DNA of 63,701 nucleotides from Perkinsus olseni (Eukaryota): NCBI GenBank assembly GCA_013115125.1, contig JABANN010000133.1, positions 1 to 63,701 of the forward strand, read 5' to 3'. Shown piece by piece: positions 26,206 to 39,640 of this stretch (position 1 is its first letter; each line of letters starts with the position of its first letter). The notes under the pieces were generated by a model. It saw only the letters and a program-made list of their open reading frames with translations, ran no database searches and was not told where the DNA came from. The position numbers and the translations under genes were made by a program.

Positions 26206-29200
26206 ATGACAGACCGTCATGTTGAATTCGCCAAGGCCAGCCTCCGTGAAATTGACCAAGTGAAGATACGCCGATACCTGAGAAGATGTCGATCTTTGAG
26301 CAGCACTCCACAACAGGTTCGATGTTACTACCGCTCTGTTGAAGCAGCAAGAGGCACTCGATGGCCTGGCCTTCACAACCGAGAATATCAAATCGGTACA
26401 ACTCGTGGCGACTCAGCTGAAAGTTGCTGTCACGGCAGTTTTACGTTGAATCTTCCAATCAGGTTCAAAATGCTTTACACGAGGATATAAAAAGAGAGCT
26501 ACAAGCTTGGCAGGCTACGGCTGACCAGAAATTAACGGACAATCTGACCTTGTGTCGAAAGTATGCTCCGAGGGAGAGTTGAATAAGGCTACAATATCAC
26601 TTTCCTTCGAAGCGTGATATGTCAAGCGCGGGGATCGAACCCGCGACCTTCTGCGTGTAAGGCAGACGTCATAACCACTAGACTAGCTCGACAAGTTGTT
26701 GAGAAAAGGAGGGTATCGTGGAAGTTCCACGTCTGAGACTGAGCATAAGGAGTCCGCTCCATCTGATCCAGGATTGCTTCATACCAGCCTCGGAGTTCAA
26801 ACTGTTCTTCAGTGAAATGGCTGCTATCCGAGAGGAGACTCGTAAACTGGCACATACCTTCGCTGGAATCTCCGGCATTAAAAGTGATGCAGAGTCCGTG
26901 GCCAACCTGCAGACCATGGTGGGCAGTAGTCAGACGCTGACACGCTCCCTCATCTCGGTCTCAGGTCCAGGATCTGCGTAGAAAGTCGGAGGAAGTGTCT
27001 TCTGAACTGTGGTCTGATGGGGGATATCCAGCTGTCGAGAGCTCATCTCTTAGGAATACAAAATTGAAACTGCGTGAAACGAACACGACAGAAGAGACAA
27101 GCCGGCTCCTCATGGAAGCTACGCGTTGCATTGAGGACACTCTGGCGTCGAGGTAGACAGCTAGTGAAAACTAAGCTGCCATATTCTCTTAAATTACATG
27201 CAGAGTTTCTGGTGAAGTCAACCGCGTCCCCCGCAATGCTAGAGTCATCGCTCAGTTTCACATTTATTCGGCATCTAGCCCGACATATATCGAAACACAT
27301 AGCATCGCGACGTCTCACAGAGAAGATTTCGGACTGAACAATTTTGTTAGGCTCAGTGAGAAAGAGCGGGAGATCGCGGAATCAGCTAAGGAATGGCAAG
27401 GCAAATTTGAAACGAGTCAACGTCTCCAATTTGAAAATCTCGAGAATCGCCTTAACGAGGTCAGAACCATCAGATGACTGAGCACCGGAAAGGCCTGACT
27501 TGTCAGATATCGAGTGAGCTCGCTCGCTGCCGGTCTGCTGCCGACAGCTCCGTCAAGCGAGTGGCGGCTCAGCTGGAGCACCACAATGAAGATATGATTG
27601 CAGAAGTGATGGTTGCTTCATTCGGTCGAGCACGCCCTCACGGCGGTCCTCTAGTAGGTGACTTCGCGGATAGACACACTCGCGTCGGCGCAATCAGCGC
27701 TATCTGGAAAAGTGGAAACTGTTGATGATAAAGTAGGCCAGGGTTGCGATATTTTTTGGCTCAGCTGGTTGAAAATTGCAGATACGTGAGGCTCTCTCGG
27801 AAGTTAATGGCAACTTTCTCGAGAGAATCGAAACCCTGAAAGATGAGTTCGCATCGCGTTTGAGAAAGGTGACCGAAGAACAAAAGGTGGGCGATCCTCT
27901 CCGAGGGAGAATCAATCGAGATGGGTACCCTACTCAGCTCCGACCTCTCAATGCGGGTCGGATAGAGGGATCCATCCAAGAGAATGCCGTGCATAGGTCG
28001 AAAATCGACGGTGAGATCGGTGGTGCTGTGGCGACGTTGTTGCCCATCGGGCAAGGAAAGATATTCTCAGATCCGAACAGGAATCTGAACTACCGAGCGG
28101 CCGCGGAGACGAACCAGGCTGTCGACGGTGAGCGGACGACGCTGAGCTCTTCTTGTTCGTGATGAGTTCCAGGGCGAGCGGAGAGTTCAAATCACGATTC
28201 ATCATCGGACAACACCAAGGCAAGGCGAGAACCGCCCCGCGTGAGCCGGTATGCTGTGTTCAGGTCGCTGTGCAAGATATAAGATTTCGAGTGGAGGAAC
28301 ATGATGCCCGAATAGCCAGCCTATCTTCTACGATCAATGAAGTGGGCCCTGCCTTAGTGTTAGAAACCATAGCCTCTTCAATGCTGTATCGGTCAAGTAT
28401 GATACTTCAACTTTAATACTTGAAGCATTGCTAGCCTATAAGGGGACAGATAGTTTGTGTGCACATCCACAGACACGCCATGGCTGCCGTGGAAAAAACT
28501 ATTCGTCAAATCATTTGTCGGGCACTCGCCATTTCTCGTAATTTGATCCGAATCGCGAGTGCCGGTGTATTATGAGGTCGGTGGTAATCCGTGTTACTTT
28601 TCTATGGAATCGAAAAGTTTGACCCCACAGTCGAGCATCATGCTCAGCGCTATGCGAGAGCCTCGTAAACCCGAATCAGATATACTCTATGCTGCGTGAG
28701 TTCGTAGAAACAGAGAGATACGACACCCGGCCAGTTATTGAGGGTAACTTTGAGGCCCGAAGCTCTGGCCCGGATCCAGACACGTTCAGGTCAAGGCGTG
28801 CAGCCCATCGACTATGAGCGTATGATGGAAGATTTCTATGCACATATCGAGGAACTGAGGAGAAGCGTGAGGCTGGCAGTTTGTCTGTCATCTCTAGCGC
28901 ATCACCCGCGAGAATCTTCGATCGATTCGTGAGCTCAGCGCGCTACTTCATTAACCCCTGTCTACATTGAGGAACCTGAATTGACGGATTCTTCTCGAAA
29001 ATCTTTCTAGTGTCTATCAGAAGTCATTATTCGCAGGTAGCGAGGTTAGGCAACGAAGATACCCGCCATTCAAAGCTCAACCTATCCGATGCAAGCTTGT
29101 CCGAGCGTAAAAGATTCTTCTCGCTTCCCTCTCGATCGAGTGGCTATTTCATTAGGATTAGAAGACCTGTATCAGCGGATTGCAAAGTTGGAAGGTGGGT

Positions 29201-30635
29201 CTAAGTTCGGTGGCACGAATGAGGCACTTTAACTGAGCTCAATCGGAAGCAGTATCTTAGCTCGATCCCTACGGAAAATAGCTCAATTGATCTCTATTTT
29301 TCACCTCCATTTGTAGAAAACGCCAGGTGGAGCATCGGTGATGTGAGTGCGAGTAGGTGGGGGCGCTCGTCTGTGCCGAGGTCCAAGGCAGATCAGGTGC
29401 AATTGTCGATCGCATTCAAGTGACAGAAGCCGGCGGCCATCGTGTGCAGGCGAAGATAAGCGAGGTATTCCACCGAGTGCTTGGATCGAGCTAAGATACG
29501 CCCTTCATTTCGCAGGAAGATGAAAAAATTGGCATCAAAATTCTCTTGAGTGAAGCGGAGAGTTCTGAGAAGATAACAGCGATTGAAGGTAAATCACCAA
29601 CCGCGGTTCTCGCGAAATCCCAAGTTGCACTGATTGTTGAAATCTTCAACAATTTTTATCAAACTGAAGAAATTTTGGTGAGAGATGACTTTCGTCCAAC
29701 TGAGTCATCCACAGAAAGCATTGGAGTCTCACCCCTATTGAGCAAAAAAGTGTGAAACGCATAGCTCATAACGCAACGCGAGATGGATGATTTAGGAGGC
29801 CAAAACGCGGAAAGGACATGAGGAATAGACATGTCCCATCTGTAACGCGTTCCAGAACCCTCTGACGCCAGAGTCGTTGTCTTTCAGGAGAAGTCGGAAA
29901 TATCCGTTCTATCCTCAATGAGCATGATGGTAGCATCAATTGCCTTGAATCGGTGAGTACATCTCTCCTGCAGAGCGGCTCAGCGAAGTGGAGTATCGTG
30001 TCGCTGAGCGAGAGGGCCGCCAAGACCATAGTCCCGGGGACTTCACTAAGAACCAAGCCGAGCACTTTATCAATCGGGTTGGTCCATTCAACGGCCGAGC
30101 TCGCACGAATCACGCTCCATCAGTTGTCACAGTCAGTAGCGGAAGAGGTTCGAGAGGGGCGGCTACTGCGAGGCGACTTCGAGGAACTGTCAGGGTTGAC
30201 TAGCCCAGTAATTCACAACCAGCAGGTATGTGATAGGCCAGGTCTCAAACTCAGGAGTTACCGCTACATTGCGTTCGTGTATGATAGACAAGCTACGAAA
30301 ATTTAGTTATCCTTGCTCACAGAGAATATTTGGGACTGAATATCTTTCGGTATGCATGGCTCGGAGAGGAGATGATTTATCGATCAGCGGCTACGCAAGA
30401 TGATCCCTCCCGCCCATTCGCCTTCGTTAAGGGATAATCAACGACGCTCGCCTTGATCGCTACCTCGTCTACTCTCAACGCTACCGGTTACCGTCGAACG
30501 GGCTACCATCGCCAGTTCCATGGTCCGCTTCAGCCTGAAGCCTTCAGGCCGTCGAGAATGATGGTGGCGCAGTTGCAAGCTCAACAGCGTCAATCTGGCA
30601 TGCGGCTGCTGCGCGACGGCCAGGCCACAGCGTAG
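26206..30635 (+). CDS. Multi-exon coiled-coil protein of unknown function; boundaries approximate
   Basis: A series of short coiled-coil-like exons flanked by GT/AG: SEMAAIREETRKL, KEWQGKFETSQRLQFENLENRL, NFLERIETLKDEFASRLRKV, RFRVEEHDARIASL and YERMMEDFYAHIEELRR. Confidence 0.55.
26620..26692 (-). tRNA. tRNA-Val(TAC), antisense within the coiled-coil gene
   Basis: Reverse complement is GTCGAGCTAGTCTAGTGGTTATGACGTCTGCCTTACACGCAGAAGGTCGCGGGTTCGATCCCCGCGCTTGACA. All stems pair; anticodon TAC. Confidence 0.92.
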
Positions 30636-32482
30636 CAGCAAGCAGGGAGAAACGACCATCGCTGCCCCCTCAGAGAGGGATGGGAAACGACTTACCTTCA
30701 CCCATAACAAACAAGTTCTCTCCAGCTGAATTAGCGTCACCCTCGGAGTAAGTGCTGCGGGACGCATTGTCGGGAATGACGTCTTTATCAGGGTCCCGCA
30801 CGAAGTTGAAGTCGGAGTAAGCGGCAGCTCTGAGGTGACTCTTGGTGATCTCGTTGCTTCTTACTGTTCAACTTGCAGGCAATGAAATGCTATATGACTT
30901 CATATACATTTCTGTAGCATTCTGTTTGTAATTTACAACAGTTGTGAATTACAAACAGAATGTTATAGGAATAGCACTATCGATGCCACGATATAGTTAC
31001 TAGATCGTGGCAGTGGCAGTTTCTTGCTACCTTACTCGTAGCACTAGCTAGACTAGATCGGTAACGCATAAAGCGCAGGCGTCATTGGTGATTGAGGAAG
31101 TGTAAGAGTGCGAGTGCAGTAGTCGCTTCTGATAGTGTCTATCAGCATAACTGCAGGGTACCATCAAGATGCTCTCTCATGACGATCAGGGGGCTTGTCA
31201 AGATACGGAGAACCTTTCTTAGGTAGTTCACAAGGACGGGACAGCAGCATCTGCACTACTGTGAGCAATACACGAAGCGAGGTCCTCTTTAAATTGGTGC
31301 CGAGTTAGTCAGTCAATGGACACTCCCTCACAGATGTGTCTTAGAGTGGAGAGGATGGCTCGGAATCTCAAGTGAAGTTCCTCTTTCGCGGAAGGGAAAA
31401 TGAGACGATTCCTCTTAGTTTGCCCTTAGTATCGGATACTAAGTATCCTAGGTCTGCCCTATCTCTACCTGAGCGCTACTTTCTTTGCTCAGTAACCTTG
31501 CCTAGACTCATCCCTCTTGACACAAGGTACATCGGTGCTAGTCCGACTAAGCCGTTTTGGATTCGTTCCAACGCCATTGAACTTCAAATTCTTAAGCGTC
31601 AGATGGGTGTCAAGTTCACCCAAGCTCGCACTAAGAGCCTCTCAGATATCCCAAGCTTCAGAGATCAGTGCAATATCCAATAGAAAGTTCCAATTAGAAA
31701 CTGCTCTAATTTTCGTAACCGCCCCGGACCAGGCCTCGCCAGTCGATGTTCCCCTTTTAAATGACAACGCGACAAGTCGAAGTCGGGGCAAGTTGTCGAG
31801 CCGATAATATCGACTGATGAGAAATGCGAAGCCCGTGACCTATCGGGGCGGTCAACAAACTAATACAATGACGTGACTTAATTTATGTCACTTGAGATGG
31901 CAGGCAGTCCCATGCCATATCATAGTATGATAATGACTTACACTCCTACAAAATGTAGAGGATTATTCTAGGCCGTCTACAATAATCACCCGGCGGCAAG
32001 GCACAACACGAACTCCGTCGGCCATGAGAGGGAAGTGTTATACCACAGATTCGGTCGCCTTCACGATAGAAGAATGATAATGTGAACCCGCTACTGATGA
32101 GAAACGGGGCCCACTCATTCACTCAGAGTCAGCTGTAACGCGATGTAACCAGAGTCTCCTAGGATTTGATCTACCTCTCTCCAGGTAAGACAATGGTCAC
32201 CGCCCTCGTGGCTCAGTTACGCAGTGACTACAGAGGGACTATTGTCATCCGTATCCGAGCGTCTAAGCAAGTCGAAAAGAAATGAAATAACAATGATACT
32301 CTATGCTGCAATCAGCATTTATCCAATAAAAAGCACACTTGAAACCTCGTCCGTTCTGTAACGGGGCTCAGTTCCAACCGTGTACTATGAATAGGAAGGG
32401 GAGTCTCGGAAAACCGAGATGGGCAGATTTGCGCGATGTGTTCCCAAGAACGTGCCGTTAGGGAGTGGATCTCACGAAGTAC

Positions 32483-33217
32483 TCAGAGCTTCTCGAGGAG
32501 CTGTCGAGCGCCTTCAACGGGTATGACAACCGTCACCCCAGTGGCGAAGGTTACCCATGATAGATCGCGTCCCTTCTTCAGATTCAAGGTCGGACAAGCC
32601 CTCTTGATATCGTCGAGGTATCTGTCAAGAGCAGCTTGTTCAGTCGGGTCCACAACATAGTGCACGTAGGGACGATCAGCGCGGTTGAACTTGAAGAACC
32701 CGTAGTGAGAAGGACCCCCATCGCACCAGACCTGCATGCGCACACCGCCGTCAGCGTATATATCGTAAACCACCTTGAGACGCGGAGCATCAGGAGACCT
32801 GTAGAGATATAGGCCTGGGCTGATGCCGAACCCGACCCTAGTGAGCAATACTCCTCGGTCTCGGAAGTTGACGGCGATGGAATCAGCGGTCTGATAATAC
32901 AAGAAGGCCAAGTCGCCTTCACGGAACTCTTTCCCAGGAAAGAGTAGGCTAATATTGTCGTACCAGTAATCGACACCTTCGAAGGTGTTGCGGAAGTCAA
33001 CCGCGTAGGCGTGATTGGGCCTCTTAAGGAGGTGGTACAGACCGTCAGCGAAGGGCGGCTTACCATCCACCCTGAAGGTGAGACCCACACGATGGTCTTC
33101 GTACACACTGTAGGCCATATAGAACTCATCCGAGAAGAAATCGAATTTCCCGACGTCTTGAGCCGTCACGCACATCAGCAGCACAATAATCAGGCAAGGT
33201 TGAATGAATTTCATCAT
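32483..33217 (-). CDS. Secreted lineage-specific protein, family A copy 2 (intronless)
   Basis: 244-aa ORF with signal peptide MMKFIQPCLIIVLLMCVTA-QDVGK; paralog of 23355-24098 and 36087-36833. Confidence 0.88.
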   Translation of the reverse strand: MMKFIQPCLIIVLLMCVTAQDVGKFDFFSDEFYMAYSVYEDHRVGLTFRVDGKPPFADGLYHLLKRPNHAYAVDFRNTFEGVDYWYDNISLLFPGKEFREGDLAFLYYQTADSIAVNFRDRGVLLTRVGFGISPGLYLYRSPDAPRLKVVYDIYADGGVRMQVWCDGGPSHYGFFKFNRADRPYVHYVVDPTEQAALDRYLDDIKRACPTLNLKKGRDLSWVTFATGVTVVIPVEGARQLLEKL

Positions 33218-33949
33218 AGGGGAGGTTTTGGCAACCGAACTATCTATCAGGAAGCTCCTGTTAGGGGGTGTAGAAAACGGAAGGTTTAGACGGCGATTGG
33301 TTGTGCCCTCACGCCCTCACGCCCTCCCTGTGTCATATGTCATTCATATGCATACCGTGCGTACCGCAGCATTACAGTAAAGTTGTTGTTTGATAAGAAG
33401 CGGAAGGATCCCAGAGAAGCATGGGTCGCACAATCCATAGCGCAACCTATACTGTAGGACGTGCATACACGCACGAGCGCGAGGCTAGACAGCGCCGCCA
33501 TTGAGAGCAGATTGCCAGCCAGCCAGGATCCCATCGACCGATCAGCTAGGAGCACTTTGCCCTCCAGACAAGCCAGAGTAGTCATCGGTCACCGCTTCCT
33601 CACATATCGGTGTGTACTATTCCTGACGACGTCTATCATGACCGCAACGAGGAATCAGTTGATGGAGACAATACTTGCGGTGCGTTCACGACCGGGGCGC
33701 GTGAAGGATCACCTCAACCGTTCGTCCGACTTGACCTCGACTTGATGCTCATTTCTCCTCAATCGGGTCACTTTGGGGAGATTCTGACCGTCGGAATCAT
33801 ATTTCCCCTACTGTGATCGTGGAATATACTCCTCGTCATTGACGAGCCGTCGACAACTGGGACACCTCGTGTCCCCGCGATAGCAGGCTAGCGACAGAAC
33901 ACAATGCTCGAACCGTCAGGTGTTCAACCAAAAAGTCGTCGGCCGCCAA

Positions 33950-34500
33950 ACGCTCTCATTTGCTGCCGAGGTCGTCGAGAGGTAACTTGTGCTTGCCGCT
34001 TTGCGATTTCCATTTGTAGCATCGCTTTCGTAGTTCGGAGTTCGGACATGAGGATTTCAAATGACCAGATTCGTGACACTGCCAACAGCGCCTGTTGAAC
34101 AGAACCTCGTGCAGCACGAGTCGTGCTTGGTGATAGGTTGACATGCGGACCTGTCCGAGCCTTTCTCTCGCTCTTTCCAGGTGTCTAGGGCTCGGGCCCC
34201 GAGCCTTGGGGCATGCACGAAGTCACGTCACCATTGTGCCCGGCGTTACCACCCGCGCCGTTGGGGGGGCTCTCGCTTTGAGCGCTGGTGAATTATCGGA
34301 CCACGTAGTGAAGGAACCATCACACCCAGCCGCATTCGATTATATTCAGTTGGAGCTATCGGCAGCAACGCTGGGTGAACAGTCATGCCTGCTCGATAAC
34401 CCGGTCATCCCAGAGGAAAGCAGGAACGTCACGGCATTGGATGCCGGGCATTCGACGTTGGATTTCTTCAACGTGGTCGTCTACACCAATGATGAGGCTG
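33950..34500 (-). mobile_element. Decayed retrotransposon gag remnant (zinc knuckle)
   Basis: CWQCHESGHLKSSC is a CX2CX4HX4C motif, followed by a degenerate second knuckle (CYKWKSQSGKH); the surrounding frames are broken by stops. Confidence 0.6.
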
Positions 34501-36086
34501 TTGTGAGGAGAAGTTGTAATATGCCATAATACGCCATGATATGGCGGCCATATCCTCTCTCGCCTCTACCTCCGAACGCCTGCCTTGGCAAAACTACGGC
34601 GTTGCATGCCATATGTACATCGCTTGGCCACTGCGTAAATGGCCGGGACGCTGGCGAGGCCGCGGACCACGGCCTTTCTGGCACGAAGAGGAGAACAGTG
34701 CTGCCGACATGCTCTCGCGAGTTAGGACGCCGAAGTCCCGAGGACGTGGGAGAAGAGTGATGTCAACCTGGCGGCCAGGCTGGCCCTCATAGAAAAGGGG
34801 CTGTCTTTACTGCACTTGCGTCACGGGTTATCAGAGTGATGGGAGCGCGAGTGCCGGATGTTACAGAAATCTCCTTTCTCCCCGAGTCGGGGACTCTGTT
34901 GCTTCTCCGTTGTTGCTCATAGTCAACGCAAGGTGAGAAGGAGTGCAAAGTCTTCAACCCAGTTGAACTGGGTAGAAGACTGGGCCAGTTCTATTCGTGG
35001 GCCTAAAGTATTAGCTATGCACGCATGCACAAGACGATCGGCGCATAATGAGTAACAGACTCCGAGTCTGAGTCTCCGACGGACTCTGCCATGTACTACA
35101 TTTCCCACCTGAAGCGCACCGTCGTGTTGCCGAATCCGGCTGAGTAGCCTGCCCGGCAGGGGTTGCGGAATCCGCCACACCCGTGCGGTGAGGCAGCCTC
35201 ACTGAGGCTGTACTCATCGGCTCATACTTGCGAGGCGCACAGATGGCCGACCGCCATTGGCCGCACGTCGCCAAGAGCACCCGCGAGGCGTAGACGCTAG
35301 AGCAGAACCTCAAGGCTGAGGTGAACGAATTCGTGGGGAGCTCCACGCTCTGGCAGCTCCACGTGCTGGAGCTACACGGCGGCCGAGAACCTATTCATCA
35401 ACCGACCATCTTCGTTTCCTGGCAGGAACCTTGCTCCTCTGATGTTTACATGTAATGTCTATATTAGTCTAATATTATTTGACGGTTTAATGTAGACTAC
35501 GCGGCTCCAAGGATCCGAACCTACGTGGCGGTTTTGAAAACCGGAACATCGAAAACGGTGCCCGGCTTCGCTCGCCTCGGCGGATTTGATGGTTCTTTTC
35601 ACGAACTGTATGCTGCAAAAGCGTGGGATAGAGCTCGCAGCGAGTTACTCGCTTAACGCAAAGGCATCCAAAACTGTCGAGACCCGTGGTAACCAGATCG
35701 CACCAAATGTGTCGTTGCCTCCGACTACTAATGAGGCTCTGCTGATCGTAACCACAGAAGGCATGGATGAGAAGGACTCCTCGACTTTTGAGAAATACGA
35801 AGACTTCATATGAAGTGCTTGCCCGAGCCAGGCCGTAACAGCTACACTCGGATGGGAGTGACTCTAACGAGGCCTGCAGGAATAGCCGAAAAGTATAAGA
35901 AGATACTGTGCCCCTGTTGACATCTCCGAGCGGCAAAGCACATAGCCGGCCACCCATCGGCTGGCTATATGCGCCGGAAAAATGAGTTCACACAGAAGTT
36001 GATAGTTTGATAACGAAATCTATGGGGCTTTACTACTGACCGCTGATAATATCGAGCTCATCGCTTTGGGTGATATCACGAATCAC

Positions 36087-36833
36087 TCAGAGCTTCTGGA
36101 GGAGCTGGCGAGCCCCTTGAACTGGTATGATAGCCGTCACACCAGTGGCGAAGGTTATCCTTGATAGATCGTGCCCCTTCTTGAGGTTTAAAGCGGGACA
36201 ATCCTTCTTGACACCATCGAGGTATCTGTCAAGAGCAGCTTGTTCAGTCGGTTCCACAACATAGTGCAGGTAGGGACGATCAGCGCGGTTGAACTGGAAG
36301 AACTCGTAGTGAGAAGGACCCCCATCACACCAGACCTGCATGACCACAACGCCGTCGGTGTCCATATTGTAGACCACTTTGAGATGCGGCTCAGCGGTAG
36401 CACTAAAAGACATACGTATGTGCCTGGGTTGATCCCGAACCCGACCCTGAGGAGCGATACTCTTTGGCCTTCGAAGTTGACGGCGATTGAATCAGCGGTC
36501 TGATAATAAATATAAGAAAGCCAAGTCGCCCTTCCGGAACTCTGTCCCAGGAAAGAGTTGGTCAATATTCAGGTACCAGCAGCTCACACCCTCGTAGGTG
36601 TTGCTGAAGTCAACCTCGTAAATGTGACCGGGCTTCTTAAGGAGGGGGTACAGGCCATCACCGAAGGCCGGCTTGTCATTCACCCCGAAGGTGATGCCAA
36701 CACGATGGTCTTCGTACACGCTGAAGGCCATATAGAACTCGTCCGAGGAGAAAGCGAACCTTCCGACATCTTGAGCCGTCACGCACATCAGCAGCTGAAC
36801 AACCATCAGCCAAGATTGAAGGAGTTTCATCAT
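36087..36833 (-). pseudogene. Family A copy 3, frameshifted
   Basis: Colinear with 32483-33217 but split across three frames: a 4-nt insertion near 36510 and a second indel near 36410. Confidence 0.85.
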
Positions 36834-38749
36834 TGAGGAAGCTGTGGCAACCGAACTATCTATCAGAAAGCTCCAGACGGGGGGGGTGCAAAACACAAGC
36901 GGCTCTGAGGAGATATCAGAACTATGACTCGACTCTGCGGAATCAGAACGCCATCGGTAGTAACTACTCACGGTCTGTTTCGTATTTTATTCATTTGCAT
37001 TACGGTGAAATATAGTAGCTTGATACCAGGCGGGAAGAGGCGAGCGAAGCAAGGGCGCATACAATAGCGTGATCTATAGTTTGCACGCAGCAGACAGCGC
37101 CACAGTTGACACCAGATTGTCAGTGGAGGTCCTGTTGGTGACCAACGGTTGGTCGATAAGCCGCACGGTACTATGCCCCTTCGGACAACCCTCAGTAGTC
37201 GCTGATCCTTAATTTTCCAACTATCGACGTCAACTATCTCTGTCGGCGTCGATTGTGACGGCAGCCGGGGATTAATCGGCGGAGACAGCGCTTCTGACTC
37301 ACTGCCGGGGCGCGTGAAGGACTTCCGTTCGTCCGAAACCTCGCCTTGTTGCCGACTTTCGCCCAATCATCGGGTCTGTAGTCGGAATTGAAATGCCCCA
37401 ACTGTAATTGAGAAATCGCCTACTAGGCGACGCCTAGCCCATCGTATGCCGTGAGCCGCGAACCGTGACACACTTCCTGTCTCCACTGATTAGGACTCAC
37501 TCGGACAGTCTGAGTCAGACCGAGTGATTCAATACAACTGCGCCTTGCCGTGCACATACAATTGTTACGATCGGCGCCCTTTGTGCTGAGAAAGGTGGCG
37601 AATGCACCATGCACAGGCTGTACAAGACAGCACCATATAAAGGAAGTTCAATTGACTCAGTGCAAGGTGCAAATTATATTGCGGGGTCCGACGTCTTGAA
37701 GATGAGACCAGTCAGCTCACACTGATTATCAATGTGACCAATGATTGGTAAATGTGTGGAAGAATTAGCAATGCTAGGGTAGCAAATGTAAGTTACATTA
37801 TGTAACCTGTATCTGATATGGAACGGTTGCCAACCGTCGGTTGGTCCCGTCCACGCATGAATGAAAAGGGTCTCTCCGAGAGTGTGGCTGCCACTATCAG
37901 TGACCCACTAGGTGACGAGTAGGAGTCGCCGACCTCCGTTTAGCTTTGTATGTAAATCGACTCCGTTGGGCCATACTTGCTGCTTTTAACTTTTTCAGTG
38001 TGCGGCCCCGCGTGTGCAAAGTAGCAGAATCTGCAAGCAGATAGACAGTATTGGCGCGTTGTAATTGAATTGGGCAAGCGCAACTTCTTGCTGCTCTTGC
38101 TCATTTGCCGATTCCTTCAATTCCTTGATCTCGCAATTTCTTGCCCAAGTGCGTTTGCGGCTCCTCATTCTACAAACCGGCAACCGTTTCTACAATGGGG
38201 CAAGTTCTGAAATAGATTCCGGCAACCGATTATGCGTTGCAGCAAATAATTTTGTTGAGAGCGGCAAATTGAGTTTTTTTGCTCTATTCTAGCGGAACTC
38301 GACATTTTGGTCGCGATAAACACGATCGAGCAGGTTTGCTCAATCATTGCACAGGTTGGGTTTTTCGTCCGTTGAGCAATGAGTGAGCTTTTTATCTTTC
38401 CAGGCTTTTGACTGGCATTTTTATGTTCTGGCAATACACCGGGGTTTGCCCTTAATTGTTTCTCTCACAAGGCGTATCACAAGCGGCAATTGCTGGAAGC
38501 TGCTATACCACAACATATAATTTACAGTGGCACCTAGCTATCTTACAATAATATCACGGTAGAGCGCTAAAGTAGCAACTTATACCCAGTTTGCGCGCGC
38601 ACCGAATCTGGATCACCCAAGTTCGGTGGGCATGCCTTCAATCCCGCTGTGATTCACTTCACTCGTATTGACATGTTTTCCGCGAGCTGCTCGCGGAAAA
38701 CATGTCAATACGAGCACTCGCGCTCCACGCGCACCAGGTCTACCCACGG

Positions 38750-39190
38750 CGCCGTCAACTAGGATCGAACCTGAGCGCCTTGGCTGAAAGCACACACCCT
38801 TACCCAGTGGACTAAAAAGTTTCACATGAGATATGCTATTGTTCTGTCGCGGCTAGTCTCCAGTGCCCCGCAAACACCTCGTACTTCTATCAAGGAGGCT
38901 CCTTTTCTCGCCATCGGCGCTTGGGTGTATTCCACTTACCTCTCGTGCAGAACTCCAATGCAGTAGCTGGTCCGTTTCCAACTACTACGAGTTGGGCGTC
39001 AACAAATAACACAAAGTACTAGAATTGAACCCGGGCGCATGTACCAGTCGGCAGCTACTTATCCCGCTAGAGCACACCCTACCCGAGATTCTCGGGCCGA
39101 GAAAGTTTGAGGGGTTTATCTTGAGGTCTGCGCTATTTTAACTTGCGCCATCATCTACCGCTGGTTCAACCCGGGCCGCTACCATTTTTT
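38750..39190. other. Cluster of three degenerate tRNA-like/Pol III A-B box elements (38750-38821 -, 39012-39082 -, 39160-39190 +)
   Basis: Reverse complements TAGTCCACTGGGTAAGGG...CTCAGGTTCGATCCTAGTTGACGGCG and TGCTCTAGCGGGATAAG...CCCGGGTTCAATTC; on + CTGGTTCAACCCGGGCCGCTACCATTTTTT. Confidence 0.55.
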
Positions 39191-39199
39191 AGGCAATTA

Positions 39200-39640
39200 A
39201 TTGAATCGTTCGGATGTTGCTGCTTCTTCAGCAGTTGCGAGCGGAAAGTTGCTACTATTAGAGTAGCAATCGAGCAACTTTGTTACATTAGAGCAGTTTA
39301 CGAGTGAGCAATAAATGTAAGTATGAGCAATTTCTAAAATTACATAGCAGCAACCAATGTTAATAGTAGCACTTCCTGTTTTACAATCCAGAACATTTGC
39401 TCCTTTGTAACAGTGAAATTGCCATTTCGCTCGTTTGTATTTTCTCCGCGGAACACAAGATGTTGAGTATTTATATATTGATTGTAGAGGAATAGCAAGA
39501 GTGCAAGATAGTGCAGTCTTGCCGTCAGCTATTGTCATTAGAGGTTTACAGAGGCACTTATTATCAGAGGTTCTAGAGGAGAGGTCGGTTACTAATGTAG
39601 CCATCTTGGCTCAAGTTGTCATGTTGCGTTATCTATAATC
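39200..39640 (-). mobile_element. Decayed hAT (ZMYM1/DUF4371-like) transposase remnant
   Basis: Frameshifted segments QHLVFRGENTNERNGNF (compare Q.LAFRG....GNF), ILEIAH and NSSNFPLATAEEAATS (compare SKFFSIIADETTDIS) occur in the expected order; AT-rich region. Confidence 0.5.
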
